From: Eledone cirrhosa
Taxonomy: Eukaryota
Length of the DNA: 64,000 bases
Reading direction: 5' to 3'
Assembly: GCA_964016885.1 (NCBI GenBank)
Contig: OZ024753.1
Coordinates: 34,844,001 to 34,908,000, forward strand
Shown here: one piece after another, positions 10,961 to 25,986 of the stretch
Numbering within the stretch: the stretch's first letter is position 1
Layout of the letters: each line of letters starts with the position of its first letter
Position numbers and translations under genes: made by a program
The notes under the pieces: generated by a model
The model's database searches: none
Told to the model about the DNA's origin: nothing
Seen by the model: the letters and a program-made list of their open reading frames with translations, nothing else

Positions 10961-12492
10961 AACACATTTTGTCCAAATCATGCCAGCAGGCAAAATAAAT
11001 GTATTATTATTTATTGAATATCATTGTTCTATTGTTATTTATATTCTTTACACATTACATATGTAACGCCCCACTGTCTCTGTCTATTGTATTGTCCCCC
11101 TATATGTAGGCCCTTGTGGCCGATAAACAAATAATAAAGATTATTTTTATTGTGTGTTGTCACTTCATTATCAAGCACAGCTCTATATGCCTTGGGTATG
11201 TAAAATGTTGTTTTGGTGTTGTTTCTATTCTATTGATAGCACTCTCTGTAATATGTGTGCAGTGATTTTGCAAACAATAATGTTGCTGTTTGTTACAAGT
11301 TTCCAACAAGCCAAATCACTGGCTTCCTGCATCTCAGATGACAAAGGTGTGTATGGGTTTGAAATATATAAAGGTAGTACTGGGGTATGTTTTGTTTTTT
11401 TTACCCAGCTTATTTCATCATAATATTTCAAGGTAAAAAATACCTTCTTTTGAAATAAAAAAAAACATAAAAACAATGCTTCTTGTTCTAATGATCCTTT
11501 CCTGTGTTGTGTGAAAAGGACATGTGGGGAATAGTCATAAAGCCACTTTGTTCCATGTAGCGCCATGTAGCTCTGTTCCATTGTTCATTAAAATTTTAAT
11601 CCTTTCATGACGGTATTTCTCATGAAATACTTTTTTTTATTCTAATTAATTAGTGAGGTATTTGGGAAGGATTTACTAAAATTATAATTTCATTAAGACG
11701 GTATTTGTAACAAAGCATGTAGAAAATTATGTTGGAAAGTTTTAATGTAATTAGGAAGCCTTTAAAATAGTTGTTTTGTTTTTGTTTTGTTTCATAGAAA
11801 CAGAGGTGGTTTTGGGGGAAGTTAGTATCAAAAGGGTTAAAGTGACAAGCACCTCCTCCTGCCACTTTAAGTAAAAATAATAATGTGCAGTACTGGAAAG
11901 TAGTATATTTCGCTAAATGTAGCCCAATGTAGCAACCAGTCAGGGTAGAATTGTTACAGTGTTGGTTGAGATGCCTTGCAGTATTTGTTTTGGCTCTTTA
12001 CATTCTCAGTTCAAGTACTTCCTCAGTAGTTTACTTAATCTATCACCCAGATATCACCAACACAACACCTGGTCCTCGAATTTCTTTAACAGAATCCAGT
12101 ATTGAAAGTTTCCAGGTGAGGTTTCTAGTTTGAGGATACCTTCCTAGCTCTCACCAGACTCAGAAGACCTGAAAATGATAATAAACTCTGCCCCTCCCTC
12201 GCTGACTAAACAGTAGAAAAAAAGCTTGCTTTATTGACACCTTAGTTTAGTACAGAACTCTGAAAATACACAAGGAAAAAATACCAAATAACACTAAACT
12301 TCATCTTTTAACGTGTAACTCCTGATGGAGTTATCAGAGCACTGTAGTGACATACAATGTTTCTTCGGCATTAAAAAAAAAACCTGTGGAGTCCATCTTC
12401 TCTCAAGGTTTGAATACAGCTAATTTCCTCCAGAGAAAGAGATAGAGAGTGATAGTGAGGAAGTGAGAAAGAGATACAGAGGAAGAATTGAC

Positions 12493-12645
12493 TCCCAGTA
12501 CTGGACTGGTACTTTTTTTATCGACAGTGAAAGGATGAAAGACAAAATTGACCCTCATGGGATTTGAACTCAAGAGTACAGATAGCCAAAATAAAAACCA
12601 CAGAGCATTCTATCTGACATTCTAATGACTACCAATCCACTGCCA
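12493..12645 (-). mobile_element. SINE family A (diverged)
   Basis: AAGGATGAAAG...GGATTTGAACTC motifs. Confidence 0.55.
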
Positions 12646-13069
12646 CATACTAAACTAGATATTGTTATTATGTAAGTAGGCCAGCTCTCTACTCTAGTTT
12701 ATTAACTCAACTACAGAGTGAAGTAAATTTCTAAAGACATTCTGACCAGTTTTTTCACTCTACTTTAGTATTTAGGTGTACAGAGATTTAAGCAATGTGA
12801 TCAACTATTTAAATCTGAGATGAAATATTTTTCTTGTGCCAGTTAACAATAACTTAACTAGTGTTTATTATACATCATTGCTTTGTAGTAAGTTACCAAC
12901 CAATAGTTAGTTACATAAGAGAAATGAACTGGGATATGGGTCATTCAAGTTGGCTGACCTTTGTGCGTGAAAAAGAACAGGAGAAATATTCTAATTTTCT
13001 TCAAGGTGAAACTATTAAACAGTAACCTTGTGACAAACAACAATCAGTGGGGTGTAGACAGATGGGCAT

Positions 13070-13520
13070 CTAGATAAGTAGGCAGATTGGTAGCTAGATA
13101 AGTAGCTAGCTAAGTAGACAGATAGGTAGCTAGGTAAGTAGCCAGATTGGTTGCTAGGTAGTTAGATAGATTGGTAGGTAGGTAGGTAGGTAGGTAGGTA
13201 GGTAGGTAGGTAGGTAGGTAGGTAGGTAGGTAGGTAGATAGATTGGTAGGTAGGTAGCTAGGTAAGTAGATAGATTGGTAGCTAGGTAAGTAGTTAGATT
13301 GATAGCTAGGTCGGAAGATAGATTAATAGCTAGGTAAGTAGACAGATTGGTAACTAGGTAAGTAGATAGGTAGGTAGCTAGCTAGATTGGTAGCTAGGTA
13401 GGTAGGTAGGTATGTAGTTAGATTGGTAGCTAGGTAAGTAGACAGAGTGGTAGCTAGGTAAGTAGATAGATTGGTAGCTAGCAAAGTAGATAAATTGGTA
13501 GCTAGCTAAGTAGATAGATA
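13070..13520. repeat. (TAGG)n/(TAGA)n-derived degenerate tandem repeat
   Basis: Direct inspection. Confidence 0.85.
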
Positions 13521-13521
13521 T

Positions 13522-14035
13522 GTTTCTTTTATTTGCCACTAGGGCATCAAAAGTGGGACAAGTACAAAGGGGGGAGTTTACACAAAAAGGCGTCCTCAAT
13601 AAGGAGGAGGCAATAACAAAATATAAAAATAAAATAAGATATAACAAAAAATAAAATTTTTAACAAAATCCTCAATAGAGAGGAGGCGCCTTGGGGGGTC
13701 GCACACACCCCCGAAAAAAGTGTGCAACCCTTCTCCTCAGGAGCACAGAGAAGGGGTGCTCCCTTGGTCTTTCATCTTCCTCACCTATAGTCTGATGTAG
13801 AGTGAAGGCCCATTCACACGGGCCATTCTCGCCACTTTCACCCATCTTTCATAGAAACGGCTGGGGTGCAGCACCTCTCTCTCCATCCTGATCCTTCTTC
13901 CGAAATGATATCGGAAGAAACGGACCAGTTGTTGGCCAGAGAGAAAGGTGCCTGACCTCAGTCCTTTCAGACGCGTCCACCATACAACCTCTTTCGCCAT
14001 GGCTATTACGCACAGAAACACCGCCTCTGCTTCAT
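13522..14035 (-). mobile_element. L1/Tx1-clade LINE 3' end, second copy
   Basis: Near-identical reverse complement of ~8424-8938; flanked by TAGA repeats on both sides. Confidence 0.85.
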
Positions 14036-14855
14036 AAGTAGATAGATAGGTAGATGGACAGGTTGACAGATGGGCCAGATAGGTAGGTGGGCAGAAGAGT
14101 AGCTAAGTAAGTAGACAGATATGCTAGCTAGGTAGGAAGACCAGGCTCAAACCAGTGAATCTACGGCATCACAAAAAGTAGATGATTACATCCAGTAACC
14201 ACAGATGTCTGACATGGATGTCATCCACCAGCCATGATAAGTACAGTGCACACCATACACATGGAGACCAATTGTTGATTTAAGATATCAAGATAAATTG
14301 ATTGTACTAATCAACATTTTCAGCTGACCATCTCACCATTTACACCGTTCTGACGGGGAGGCGTTCTCTGTTGTAGTGCAACTGCATTGCAACAGAGCTT
14401 GCCCTGTGAGTGACAGAGTGCATCACCAAACCAACAGAGATGCCATACAAAATAGAAATTGTTGAAAGGAATTGGTGTGATAATAACAAAAAGCTTTGGA
14501 GAATCACACAAAATCTCAAGCAAAAATATGGAGAATTTGGCCAAAGGGGTCAGATACTTTCAAAAATTTTTTCTTCATTATTTCTTCTCCCACTTATTCC
14601 TGAGAGGGTCATGGGGGCAGAGTCCTTGACAATTCACACAAAATCTGAAGCCCAAATATAGAGAATTTGGCCAAGGGCAAAAGGGGGCAAAATACTTCCA
14701 AATATTTTTCTTCTCTTCTTCTTTACTTCTTCTCCCACTTGCTCCTGAGAGGGCCATGGGGGCACAGTCTTCAAAGACTCCTCCCAGTGCAACCAGTCAG
14801 AAGCAACCATCTCCAATTGATCAGATTGGATCCCAAATACTTTTTAATATCTTAA

Positions 14856-15070
14856 CCCTTTAGCATTTAAACCAGCCATATCCAGCCAGAATTCTCTCGC
14901 CTCTTCCAGTTCAAACTAGCTGTAACCGGTTGCTCACACTGATGTTAAGGTATTGTTCTCAAAATAAATAATATCAAAATCTCATAGATTCCATATTATG
15001 TGAGCTATTTATGTGAGATAAAGTGTTTACTACAAAAATACAATAGTATATATAGAGTAAATGCTAAAGA
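14856..15070 (+). mobile_element. piggyBac-like MITE family P1 (right end abuts satellite)
   Basis: TTAA-CCCTTTAGCATTTAAACC start; TAAATGCTAAAG end; copies at 27002, 38288, 62175. Confidence 0.7.
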
Positions 15071-18000
15071 GTATATAAGACCTTTGCTAGCAGCATATAG
15101 TATCCAGTATATAGTATATAAGACCTTTGCTATCAGTATATAGTATCCAGTATATAGTATATAAGACCTTTGCTAGCAGTATATAGTATCCAGTATATAG
15201 TATATAAGACCTTTGCTAGCAGTATATAGTATCCAGTATATAGTATATAAGACCTTTGCTAGCAGTATATAGTATCCAGTATATAGTATATAAGACCTTT
15301 GCTAGCAGTATATAGTATCCAGTATATAAGACCTTTGCTAGCAGCATATAGTATCCAGTATATAGTATATAAGACCTTTGCTAGCAGTATATAATATCCA
15401 GTATATAAGACCTTTGCTAGCAGTATATAGTATCCAGTATATAAGACCTTTGCTAGCAGTATATAGTATCCAGTATATAAGACCTTTGCTAGCAGTATAT
15501 AGTATCCAGTATATAAGACCTTTGCTAGCAGTATATAGTATCCAGTATATAGTATATAAGACCTTTGCTAGCAGTATATAGTATCCAGTATATAAGACCT
15601 TTGCTAGCAGTATATAGTATCCAGTATATAGTATATAAGACCTTTGCTAGCAGTATATAGTATCCAGTATATAAGACCTTTGCTAGCAGTATATAGTATC
15701 CAGTATATAAGACCTTTGCTAGCAGGATATAGTATCCAGTATATAGTATATAAGACCTTTGCTAGCAGTATATAGTATCCAGTATATAGTATATAAGAGC
15801 TTTGCTAGCAGTATATAGTATCCAGTATATAAGACCTTTGCTAGCAGTATATAGTATCCAGTATATAAGACCTTTGCTAGCAGGATATAGTATCCAGTAT
15901 ATAGTATATAAGACCTTTGCTAGCAGTATATAGTATCCAGTATATAGTATATAAGACCTTTGCTAGCAGTATATAGTATCCAGTATATAAGACCTTTGCT
16001 AGCAGTATATAGTATCCAGTATATAAGACCTTTGCTAGCAGTATATAGTATCCAGTATATAAGACCTTTGCTAGCAGGATATAGTATCCAGTATATAGTA
16101 TATAAGACCTTTGCTAGCAGTATATAGTATCCAGTATATAGTATATAAGACCTTTGCTAGCAGTATATAATATCCAGTATATAAGACCTTTGCTAGCAGT
16201 ATATAGTATCCAGTATATAAGACCTTTGCTAGCAGTATATAGTATCCAGTATATAAGACCTTTGCTAGCAGTATATAGTATCCAGTATATAAGACCTTTG
16301 CTAGCAGTATATAGTATCCAGTATATAGTATATAAGACCTTTGCTAGCAGTATATAGTATCCAGTATATAAGACCTTTGCTAGCAGTATATAGTATCCAG
16401 TATATAGTATATAAGACCTTTGCTAGCAGTATATAGTATCCAGTATATAAGACCTTTGCTAGCAGTATATAGTATCCAGTATATAAGACCTTTGCTAGCA
16501 GGATATAGTATCCAGTATATAGTATATAAGACCTTTGCTAGCAGTATATAGTATCCAGTATATAGTATATAAGACCTTTGCTAGCAGTATATAGTATCCA
16601 GTATATAAGACCTTTGCTAGCAGTATATAGTATCCAGTATATAAGACCTTTGCTAGCAGTATATAGTATCCAGTATATAAGACCTTTGCTAGCAGTATAT
16701 AGTATCCAGTATATAGTATATAAGACCTTTGCTAGCAGTATATAGTATCCAGTATATAGTATATAAGACCTTTGCTAGCAGTATATAGTATCCAGTATAT
16801 AAGACCTTTGCTAGCAGTATATAGTATCCAGTATATAGTATATAAGACCTTTGCTAGCAGTATATAGTATCCAGTATATAGTATATAAGACCTTTGCTAG
16901 CAGCATATAGTATCCAGTATATAAGACCTTTGCTAGCAGTATATAGTATCCAGTATATAAGACCTTTGCTAGCAGTATATAGTATCCAGTATATAAGACC
17001 TTTGCTAGCAGTATATAGTATCCAGTATATAAGACCTTTGCTAGCAGTATATAGTATCCAGTATATAGTATATAAGACCTTTGCTAGCAGTATATAGTAT
17101 CCAGTATATGAGACCTTTGCTAGCAGTATATAGTATCCAGTATATAGTATATAAGACCTTTGCTAGCAGTATATAGTATCCAGTATATAAGACCTTTGCT
17201 AGCAGTATATAGTATCCAGTATATAAGACCTTTGCTAGCAGTATATAGTATCCAGTATATAAGACCTTTGCTAGCAGTATATAGTATCCAGTATATAAGA
17301 CCTTTGCTAGCAGTATATAGTATCCAGTATATAGTATATAAGACCTTTGCTAGCAGTATATAGTATCCAGTATATAAGACCTTTGCTAGCAGTATATAGT
17401 ATCCAGTATATAAGACCTTTGCTAGCAGTATATAGTATCCAGTATATAGTATATAAGACCTTTGCTAGCAGTATATAGTATCCAGTATATAAGACCTTTG
17501 CTAGCAGTATATAGTATCCAGTATATAGTATATAAGACCTTTGCTAGCAGTATATAGTATCCAGTATATAGTATATAAGACCTTTGCTAGCAGCATATAG
17601 TATCCAGTATATAAGACCTTTGCTAGCAGTATATAGTATCCAGTATATAAGACCTTTGCTAGCAGTATATAGTATCCAGTATATAAGACCTTTGCTAGCA
17701 GTATATAGTATCCAGTATATAAGACCTTTGCTAGCAGTATATAGTATCCAGTATATAGTATATAAGACCTTTGCTAGCAGTATATAGTATCCAGTATATG
17801 AGACCTTTGCTAGCAGTATATAGTATCCAGTATATAGTATATAAGACCTTTGCTAGCAGTATATAGTATCCAGTATATAAGACCTTTGCTAGCAGTATAT
17901 AGTATCCAGTATATAAGACCTTTGCTAGCAGTATATAGTATCCAGTATATAAGACCTTTGCTAGCAGTATATAGTATCCAGTATATAAGACCTTTGCTAG

Positions 18001-21000
18001 CAGTATATAGTATCCAGTATATAGTATATAAGACCTTTGCTAGCAGTATATAGTATCCAGTATATAAGACCTTTGCTAGCAGTATATAGTATCCAGTATA
18101 TAGTATATAAGACCTTTGCTAGCAGTATATAGTATCCAGTATATAAGACCTTTGCTAGCAGTATATAGTATCCAGTATATAAGACCTTTGCTAGCAGTAT
18201 ATAGTATCCAGTATATAGTATATAAGACCTTTGCTAGCAGTATATAGTATCCAGTATATAAGACCTTTGCTAGCAGTATATAGTATCCAGTATATAAGAC
18301 CTTTGCTAGCAGTAGATAGTATCCAGTATATAGTATATAAGACCTTTGCTAGCAGTATATAGTATCCAGTATATAAGACCTTTGCTAGCAGTATATAGTA
18401 TCCAGTATATAAGACCTTTGCTAGCAGTATATAGTATCCAGTATATAGTATATAAGACCTTTGCTAGCAGTATATAGTATCCAGTATATAAGACCTTTGC
18501 TAGCAGTATATAGTATCCAGTATATAGTATATAAGACCTTTGCTAGCAGTATATAGTATCCAGTATATAAGACCTTTGCTAGCAGTATATAGTATCCAGT
18601 ATATAAGACCTTTGCTAGCAGTATATAGTATCCAGTATATAGTATATAAGACCTTTGCTAGCAGCATATAGTATCCAGTATATAAGACCTTTGCTAGCAG
18701 TATATAGTATCCAGTATATAGTATATAAGACCTTTGCTAGCAGCATATAGTATCCAGTATATAAGACCTTTGCTAGCAGTATATAGTATCCAGTATATAG
18801 TATATAAGACCTTTGCTAGCAGTATATAGTATCCAGTATATAAGACCTTTGCTAGCAGTATATAGTATCCAGTATATAAGACCTTTGCTAGCAGTATATA
18901 GTATCCAGTATATAGTATATAAGACCTTTGCTAGCAGTATATAGTATCCAGTATATAAGACCTTTGCTAGCAGCATATAGTATCCAGTATATAAGACCTT
19001 TGCTAGCAGTATATAGTATCCAGTATATAGTATATAAGACCTTTGCTAGCAGTATATAGTATCCAGTATATAAGACCTTTGCTAGCAGCATATAGTATCC
19101 AGTATATAAGACCTTTGCTAGCAGCATATAGTATCCAGTATATAAGACCTTTGCTAGCAGCATATAGTATCCAGTATATAAGACCTTTGCTAGCAGCATA
19201 TAGTATCCAGTATATAAGACCTTTGCTAGCAGTATATAGTATCCAGTATATAGTATATAAGACCTTTGCTAGCAGTATATAGTATCCAGTATATAGTATA
19301 TAAGACCTTTGCTAGCAGTATATAGTATCCAGTATATAGTATATAAGACCTTTGCTAGCAGCATATAGTATCCAGTATATAGTATATAAGACCTTTGCTA
19401 GCAGCATATAGTATCCAGTATATAAGACCTTTGCTAGCAGTATATAGTATCCAGTATATAGTATATAAGACCTTTGCTAGCAGTATATAGTATCTAGTAT
19501 ATAGTATATAAGACCTTTGCTAGCAGTATATAGTATCCAGTATATAGTATATAAGACCTTTGCTAGCAGCATATAGTATCCAGTATATAGTATATAAGAC
19601 CTTTGCTAGCAGTATATAGTATCCAGTATATAGTATATAAGACCTTTGCTAGCAGTATATAGTATCCAGTATATAGTATATAAGACCTTTGCTAGCAGTA
19701 TATAGTATCCAGTATATAGTATATAAGACCTTTGCTAGCAGCATATAGTATCCAGTATATAGTATATAAGACCTTTGCTAGCAGTATATAATATCCAGTA
19801 TATAAGACCTTTGCTAGCAGTATATAGTATCCAGTATATAAGACCTTTGCTAGCAGTATATAGTATCCAGTATATAAGACCTTTGCTAGCAGTATATAGT
19901 ATCCAGTATATAAGACCTTTGCTAGCAGTATATAGTATCCAGTATATAGTATATAAGACCTTTGCTAGCAGTATATAGTATCCAGTATATAAGACCTTTG
20001 CTAGCAGTATATAGTATCCAGTATATAGTATATAAGACCTTTGCTAGCAGTATATAGTATCCAGTATATAAGACCTTTGCTAGCAGTATATAGTATCCAG
20101 TATATAAGACCTTTGCTAGCAGGATATAGTATCCAGTATATAGTATATAAGACCTTTGCTAGCAGTATATAGTATCCAGTATATAGTATATAAGACCTTT
20201 GCTAGCAGTATATAGTATCCAGTATATAAGACCTTTGCTAGCAGTATATAGTATCCAGTATATAAGACCTTTGCTAGCAGTATATAGTATCCAGTATATA
20301 AGACCTTTGCTAGCAGTATATAGTATCCAGTATATAGTATATAAGACCTTTGCTAGCAGTATATAGTATCCAGTATATAGTATATAAGACCTTTGCTAGC
20401 AGTATATAGTATCCAGTATATAAGACCTTTGCTAGCAGTATATAGTATCCAGTATATAAGACCTTTGCTAGCAGTATATAGTATCCAGTATATAAGACCT
20501 TTGCTAGCAGTATATAGTATCCAGTATATAGTATATAAGACCTTTGCTAGCAGTATATAGTATCCAGTATATAAGACCTTTGCTAGCAGTATATAGTATC
20601 CAGTATATAAGACCTTTGCTAGCAGTATATAGTATCCAGTATATAGTATATAAGACCTTTGCTAGCAGTATATAGTATCCAGTATATAAGACCTTTGCTA
20701 GCAGTATATAGTATCCAGTATATAGTATATAAGACCTTTGCTAGCAGTATATAGTATCCAGTATATAAGACCTTTGCTAGCAGTATATAGTATCCAGTAT
20801 ATAGTATATAAGACCTTTGCTAGCAGTATATAGTATCCAGTATATAGTATATAAGACCTTTGCTAGCAGTATATAGTATCCAGTATATAGTATATAAGAC
20901 CTTTGCTAGCAGTATATAGTATCCAGTATATAGTATATAAGACCTTTGCTAGCAGCATATAGTATCCAGTATATAAGGCCTTTGCTAGCAGTATATAGTA

Positions 21001-24000
21001 TCCAGTATATAGTATATAAGACCTTTGCTAGCAGTATATAATATCCAGTATATAAGACCTTTGCTAGCAGTATATAGTATCCAGTATATAAGACCTTTGC
21101 TAGCAGTATATAGTATCCAGTATATAGTATATAAGACCTTTGCTAGCAGTATATAGTATCCAGTATATAAGACCTTTGCTAGCAGCATATAGTATCCAGT
21201 ATATAAGACCTTTGCTAGCAGTATATAGTATCCAGTATATAGTATATAAGACCTTTGCTAGCAGTATATAGTATCCAGTATATAGTATATAAGACCTTTG
21301 CTAGCAGTATATAGTATCCAGTATATAGTATATAAGACCTTTGCTAGCAGTATATAGTATCCAGTATATAGTATATAAGACCTTTGCTAGCAGCATATAG
21401 TATCCAGTATATAGTATATAAGACCTTTGCTAGCAGCATATAGTATCCAGTATATAAGACCTTTGCTAGCAGTATATAGTATCCAGTATATAGTATATAA
21501 GACCTTTGCTAGCAGTATATAGTATCCAGTATATAGTATATAAGACCTTTGCTAGCAGTATATAGTATCCAGTATATAGTATATAAGACCTTTGCTAGCA
21601 GTATATAGTATCCAGTATATAAGACCTTTGCTAGCAGTATATAGTATCCAGTATATAGTATATAAGACCTTTGCTAGCAGTATATAGTATCCAGTATATA
21701 AGACCTTTGCTAGCAGTATATAGTATCCAGTATATAAGACCTTTGCTAGCAGGATATAGTATCCAGTATATAGTATATAAGACCTTTGCTAGCAGTATAT
21801 AGTATCCAGTATATAGTATATAAGACCTTTGCTAGCAGTATATAGTATCCAGTATATAAGACCTTTGCTAGCAGTATATAGTATCCAGTATATAAGACCT
21901 TTGCTAGCAGTATATAGTATCCAGTATATAAGACCTTTGCTAGCAGTATATAGTATCCAGTATATAGTATATAAGACCTTTGCTAGCAGTATATAGTATC
22001 CAGTATATAGTATATAAGACCTTTGCTAGCAGTATATAGTATCCAGTATATAAGACCTTTGCTAGCAGTATATAGTATCCAGTATATAAGACCTTTGCTA
22101 GCAGTATATAGTATCCAGTAGATAGTATATAAGACCTTTGCTAGCAGTATATAGTATCCAGTATATAAGACCTTTGCTAGCAGTATATAGTATCCAGTAT
22201 ATAAGACCTTTGCTAACAGCATATAGTATCCAGTATATAAGACCTTTGCTAGCAGTATATAGTATCCAGTATATAGTATATAAGACCTTTGCTAGCAGTA
22301 TATAGTATCCAGTATATAAGACCTTTGCTAGCAGTATATAGTATCCAGTATATAAGACCTTTGCTAGCAGTATATAGTATCCAGTATATAAGACCTTTGC
22401 TAGCAGTATATAGTATCCAGTATATAGTATATAAGACCTTTGCTAGCAGTATATAGTATCCAGTATATAGTATATAAGACCTTTGCTAGCAGTATATAGT
22501 ATCCAGTATATAAGACCTTTGCTAGCAGTATATAGTATCCAGTATATAGTATATAAGACCTTTGCTAGCAGTATATAGTATCCAGTATATAAGACCTTTG
22601 CTAGCAGTATATAGTATCCAGTATATAGTATATAAGACCTTTGCTAGCAGTATATAGTATCCAGTATATAAGACCTTTGCTAGCAGTATATAGTATCCAG
22701 TATATAAGACCTTTGCTAGCAGTATATAGTATCCAGTATATAGTATATAAGACCTTTGCTAGCAGTATATAGTATCCAGTATATAAGACCTTTGCTAGCA
22801 GTATATAGTATCCAGTATATAGTATATAAGACCTTTGCTAGCAGTATATAGTATCCAGTATATAAGACCTTTGCTAGCAGTATATAGTATCCAGTATATA
22901 GTATATAAGACCTTTGCTAGCAGTATATAGTATCCAGTATATAGTATATAAGACCTTTGCTAGCAGTATATAGTATCCAGTATATAGTATATAAGACCTT
23001 TGCTAGCAGTATATAGTATCCAGTATATAGTATATAAGACCTTTGCTAGCAGCATATAGTATCCAGTATATAAGACCTTTGCTAGCAGTATATAGTATCC
23101 AGTATATAGTATATAAGACCTTTGCTAGCAGTATATAATATCCAGTATATAAGACCTTTGCTAGCAGTATATAGTATCCAGTATATAAGACCTTTGCTAG
23201 CAGTATATAGTATCCAGTATATAGTATATAAGACCTTTGCTAGCAGTATATAGTATCCAGTATATAAGACCTTTGCTAGCAGCATATAGTATCCAGTATA
23301 TAAGACCTTTGCTAGCAGTATATAGTATCCAGTATATAGTATATAAGACCTTTGCTAGCAGTATATAGTATCCAGTATATAGTATATAAGACCTTTGCTA
23401 GCAGTATATAGTATCCAGTATATAGTATATAAGACCTTTGCTAGCAGTATATAGTATCCAGTATATAGTATATAAGACCTTTGCTAGCAGCATATAGTAT
23501 CCAGTATATAGTATATAAGACCTTTGCTAGCAGCATATAGTATCCAGTATATAAGACCTTTGCTAGCAGTATATAGTATCCAGTATATAGTATATAAGAC
23601 CTTTGCTAGCAGTATATAGTATCCAGTATATAGTATATAAGACCTTTGCTAGCAGTATATAGTATCCAGTATATAGTATATAAGACCTTTGCTAGCAGCA
23701 TATAGTATCCAGTATATAGTATATAAGACCTTTGCTAGCAGTATATAGTATCCAGTATATAGTATATAAGACCTTTGCTAGCAGTATATAGTATCCAGTA
23801 TATAGTATATAAGACCTTTGCTAGCAGCATATAGTATCCAGTATATAGTATATAAGACCTTTGCTAGCAGTATATAGTATCCAGTATATAGTATATAAGA
23901 CCTTTGCTAGCAGTATATAGTATCCAGTATATAGTATATAAGACCTTTGCTAGCAGTATATAGTATCCAGTATATAGTATATAAGACCTTTGCTAGCAGT

Positions 24001-25376
24001 ATATAGTATCCAGTATATAGTATATAAGACCTTTGCTAGCAGTATATAGTATCCAGTATATAGTATATAAGACCTTTGCTAGCAGTATATAGTATCCAGT
24101 ATATAAGACCTTTGCTAGCAGTATATAGTATCCAGTATCCAGTATATAAGACCTTTGCTAGCAGCATATAGTATCCAGTATATAGTATATAAGACCTTTG
24201 CTAGCAGCATATAGTATCCAGTATATAGTATATAAGACCTTTGCTAGCAGTATATAGTATCCAGTATATAGTATATAAGACCTTTGCTAGCAGTATATAG
24301 TATCCAGTATCCAGTATATAAGACCTTTGCTAGCAGTATATAGTATATAGTATATAAGACCTTTGCTAGCAGTATATAGTATCCAGTATATAGTATATAA
24401 GACCTTTGCTAGCAGTATATAGTATATAGTATATAAGACCTTTGCTAGCAGCATATAGTATATAGTATATAAGACCTTTGCTAGCAGTATATAGTATCCA
24501 GTATATAGTATATAAGACCTTTGCTAGCAGCATATAGTATCCAGTATATAGTATATAAGACCTTTGCTAGCAGTATATAGTATATAGTATATAAGACCTT
24601 TGCTAGCAGCATATAGTATATAGTATATAAGACCTTTGCTAGCAGTATATAGTATCCAGTATATAGTATATAAGACCTTTGCTAGCAGCATATAGTATCC
24701 AGTATATAGTATATAAGACCTTTGCTAGCAGCATATAGTATCCAGTATATAGTATATAAGACCTTTGCTAGCAGTATATAGTATCCAGTATATAGTATAT
24801 AACACCTTTGCTAGCAGTATATAGTATCCAGTATATAGTATATAACACCTTTGCTAGCAGTATATAGTATCCAGTATATAGTATATAAGACTTTTGCTAG
24901 CAGTATATAGTATCCAGTATATAGTATATAAGACTTTTGCTAGCAGTATATAGTATCCAGTATATAGTATATAAGACCTTTGCTAGCAGTATATAGTATC
25001 CAGTATATAGTATATAAGACCTTTGCTAGCAGTATATAGTATCCAGTATATAGTATATAAGACTTTTGCTAGCAGTATATAGTATCCAGTATATAGTATA
25101 TAAGACCTTTGCTAGCAGTATATAGTATCCAGTATATAGTATATAAGACTTTTGCTAGCAGTATATAGTATCCAGTATATAGTATATAAGACCTTTGCTA
25201 GCAGTATATAGTATCCAGTATATAGTATATAAGACCTTTGCTAGCAGTATATAGTATCCAGTATATAGTATATAAGACCTTTGCTAGCAGTATATAGTAT
25301 CCAGTATATAGTATATAAGACCTTTGCTAGCAGTATATAGTATCCAGTATATAGTATATAAGACCTTTGCTAGCAG
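15070..25376. repeat. 10.3-kb satellite of 36-bp and 43-bp units (AGACCTTTGCTAGCAGTATATAGTATCCAGTATATA[GTATATA])
   Basis: Highly homogeneous tandem array with a 7-bp indel polymorphism. Confidence 0.97.
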
Positions 25377-25986
25377 AGAAATCAGACAGTTAATGATGAT
25401 GATAATAATATTGACATAGCAACACTCTTCTTAAGAAACATTATAACATATACATATTACATGTTTTTTTTTTGTTTAGTTTTTTGGTTTCTGTTTTTTA
25501 TAATATAATTTTGTTTTTTAATTATAATAGATTGTCAGTGTCTGTTTAAAGTAGTTGTCTTAGTAGCTGAGTTGTTAGAACATTGAATAGAATTCATTCC
25601 TGCTCTCTGGGTTCAAAACTTCCCACGGTCAACTTTGCCTTTCATCCTCTCGAGGTCAATAAAAGAATGTACCGATCTAATATTGGGGTTGATATTTTCC
25701 TCCATATTTCTTTTTCATTCTCTCTCTCCCCCTCCCTCTTTCCATATATATATATATATATCCCTCTTTCACACACACTTTCTGTCTCTCTCTCTCCCCC
25801 CCCCCCCTCTTCTCTCTCTCATTCTTTGCTGGGAGAAATTGGTTGAGTTCAGACCTAGAAAAGGGATGGGCTCCTCCAAGTTTAAAAATACCCAAGACCC
25901 AAGACTTCCTCACTAGGGCATCCCTACAACACCATCAGGAGTTACAGGTGTGTGGAGCGGGGAGAGATCCATCCATACATACATAC

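Noticed and set aside
9901-11017. Long YI/YT/VC-rich ORFs here and at 40603-43115, 46258-48957, 49524-51053, 55820-58152
   Set aside because: Translations of dinucleotide microsatellites that lack stop codons
12030-12169. Possible minus-strand exon after a TTTTCAG acceptor; also 14325-14405
   Set aside because: Stops in candidate frames or weak donors; could be UTR exons but unsupported
15070-25376. CRISPR array (36-bp repeats) or repetitive protein gene
   Set aside because: No unique spacers, no cas genes, eukaryotic context; the 43-mers break any reading frame
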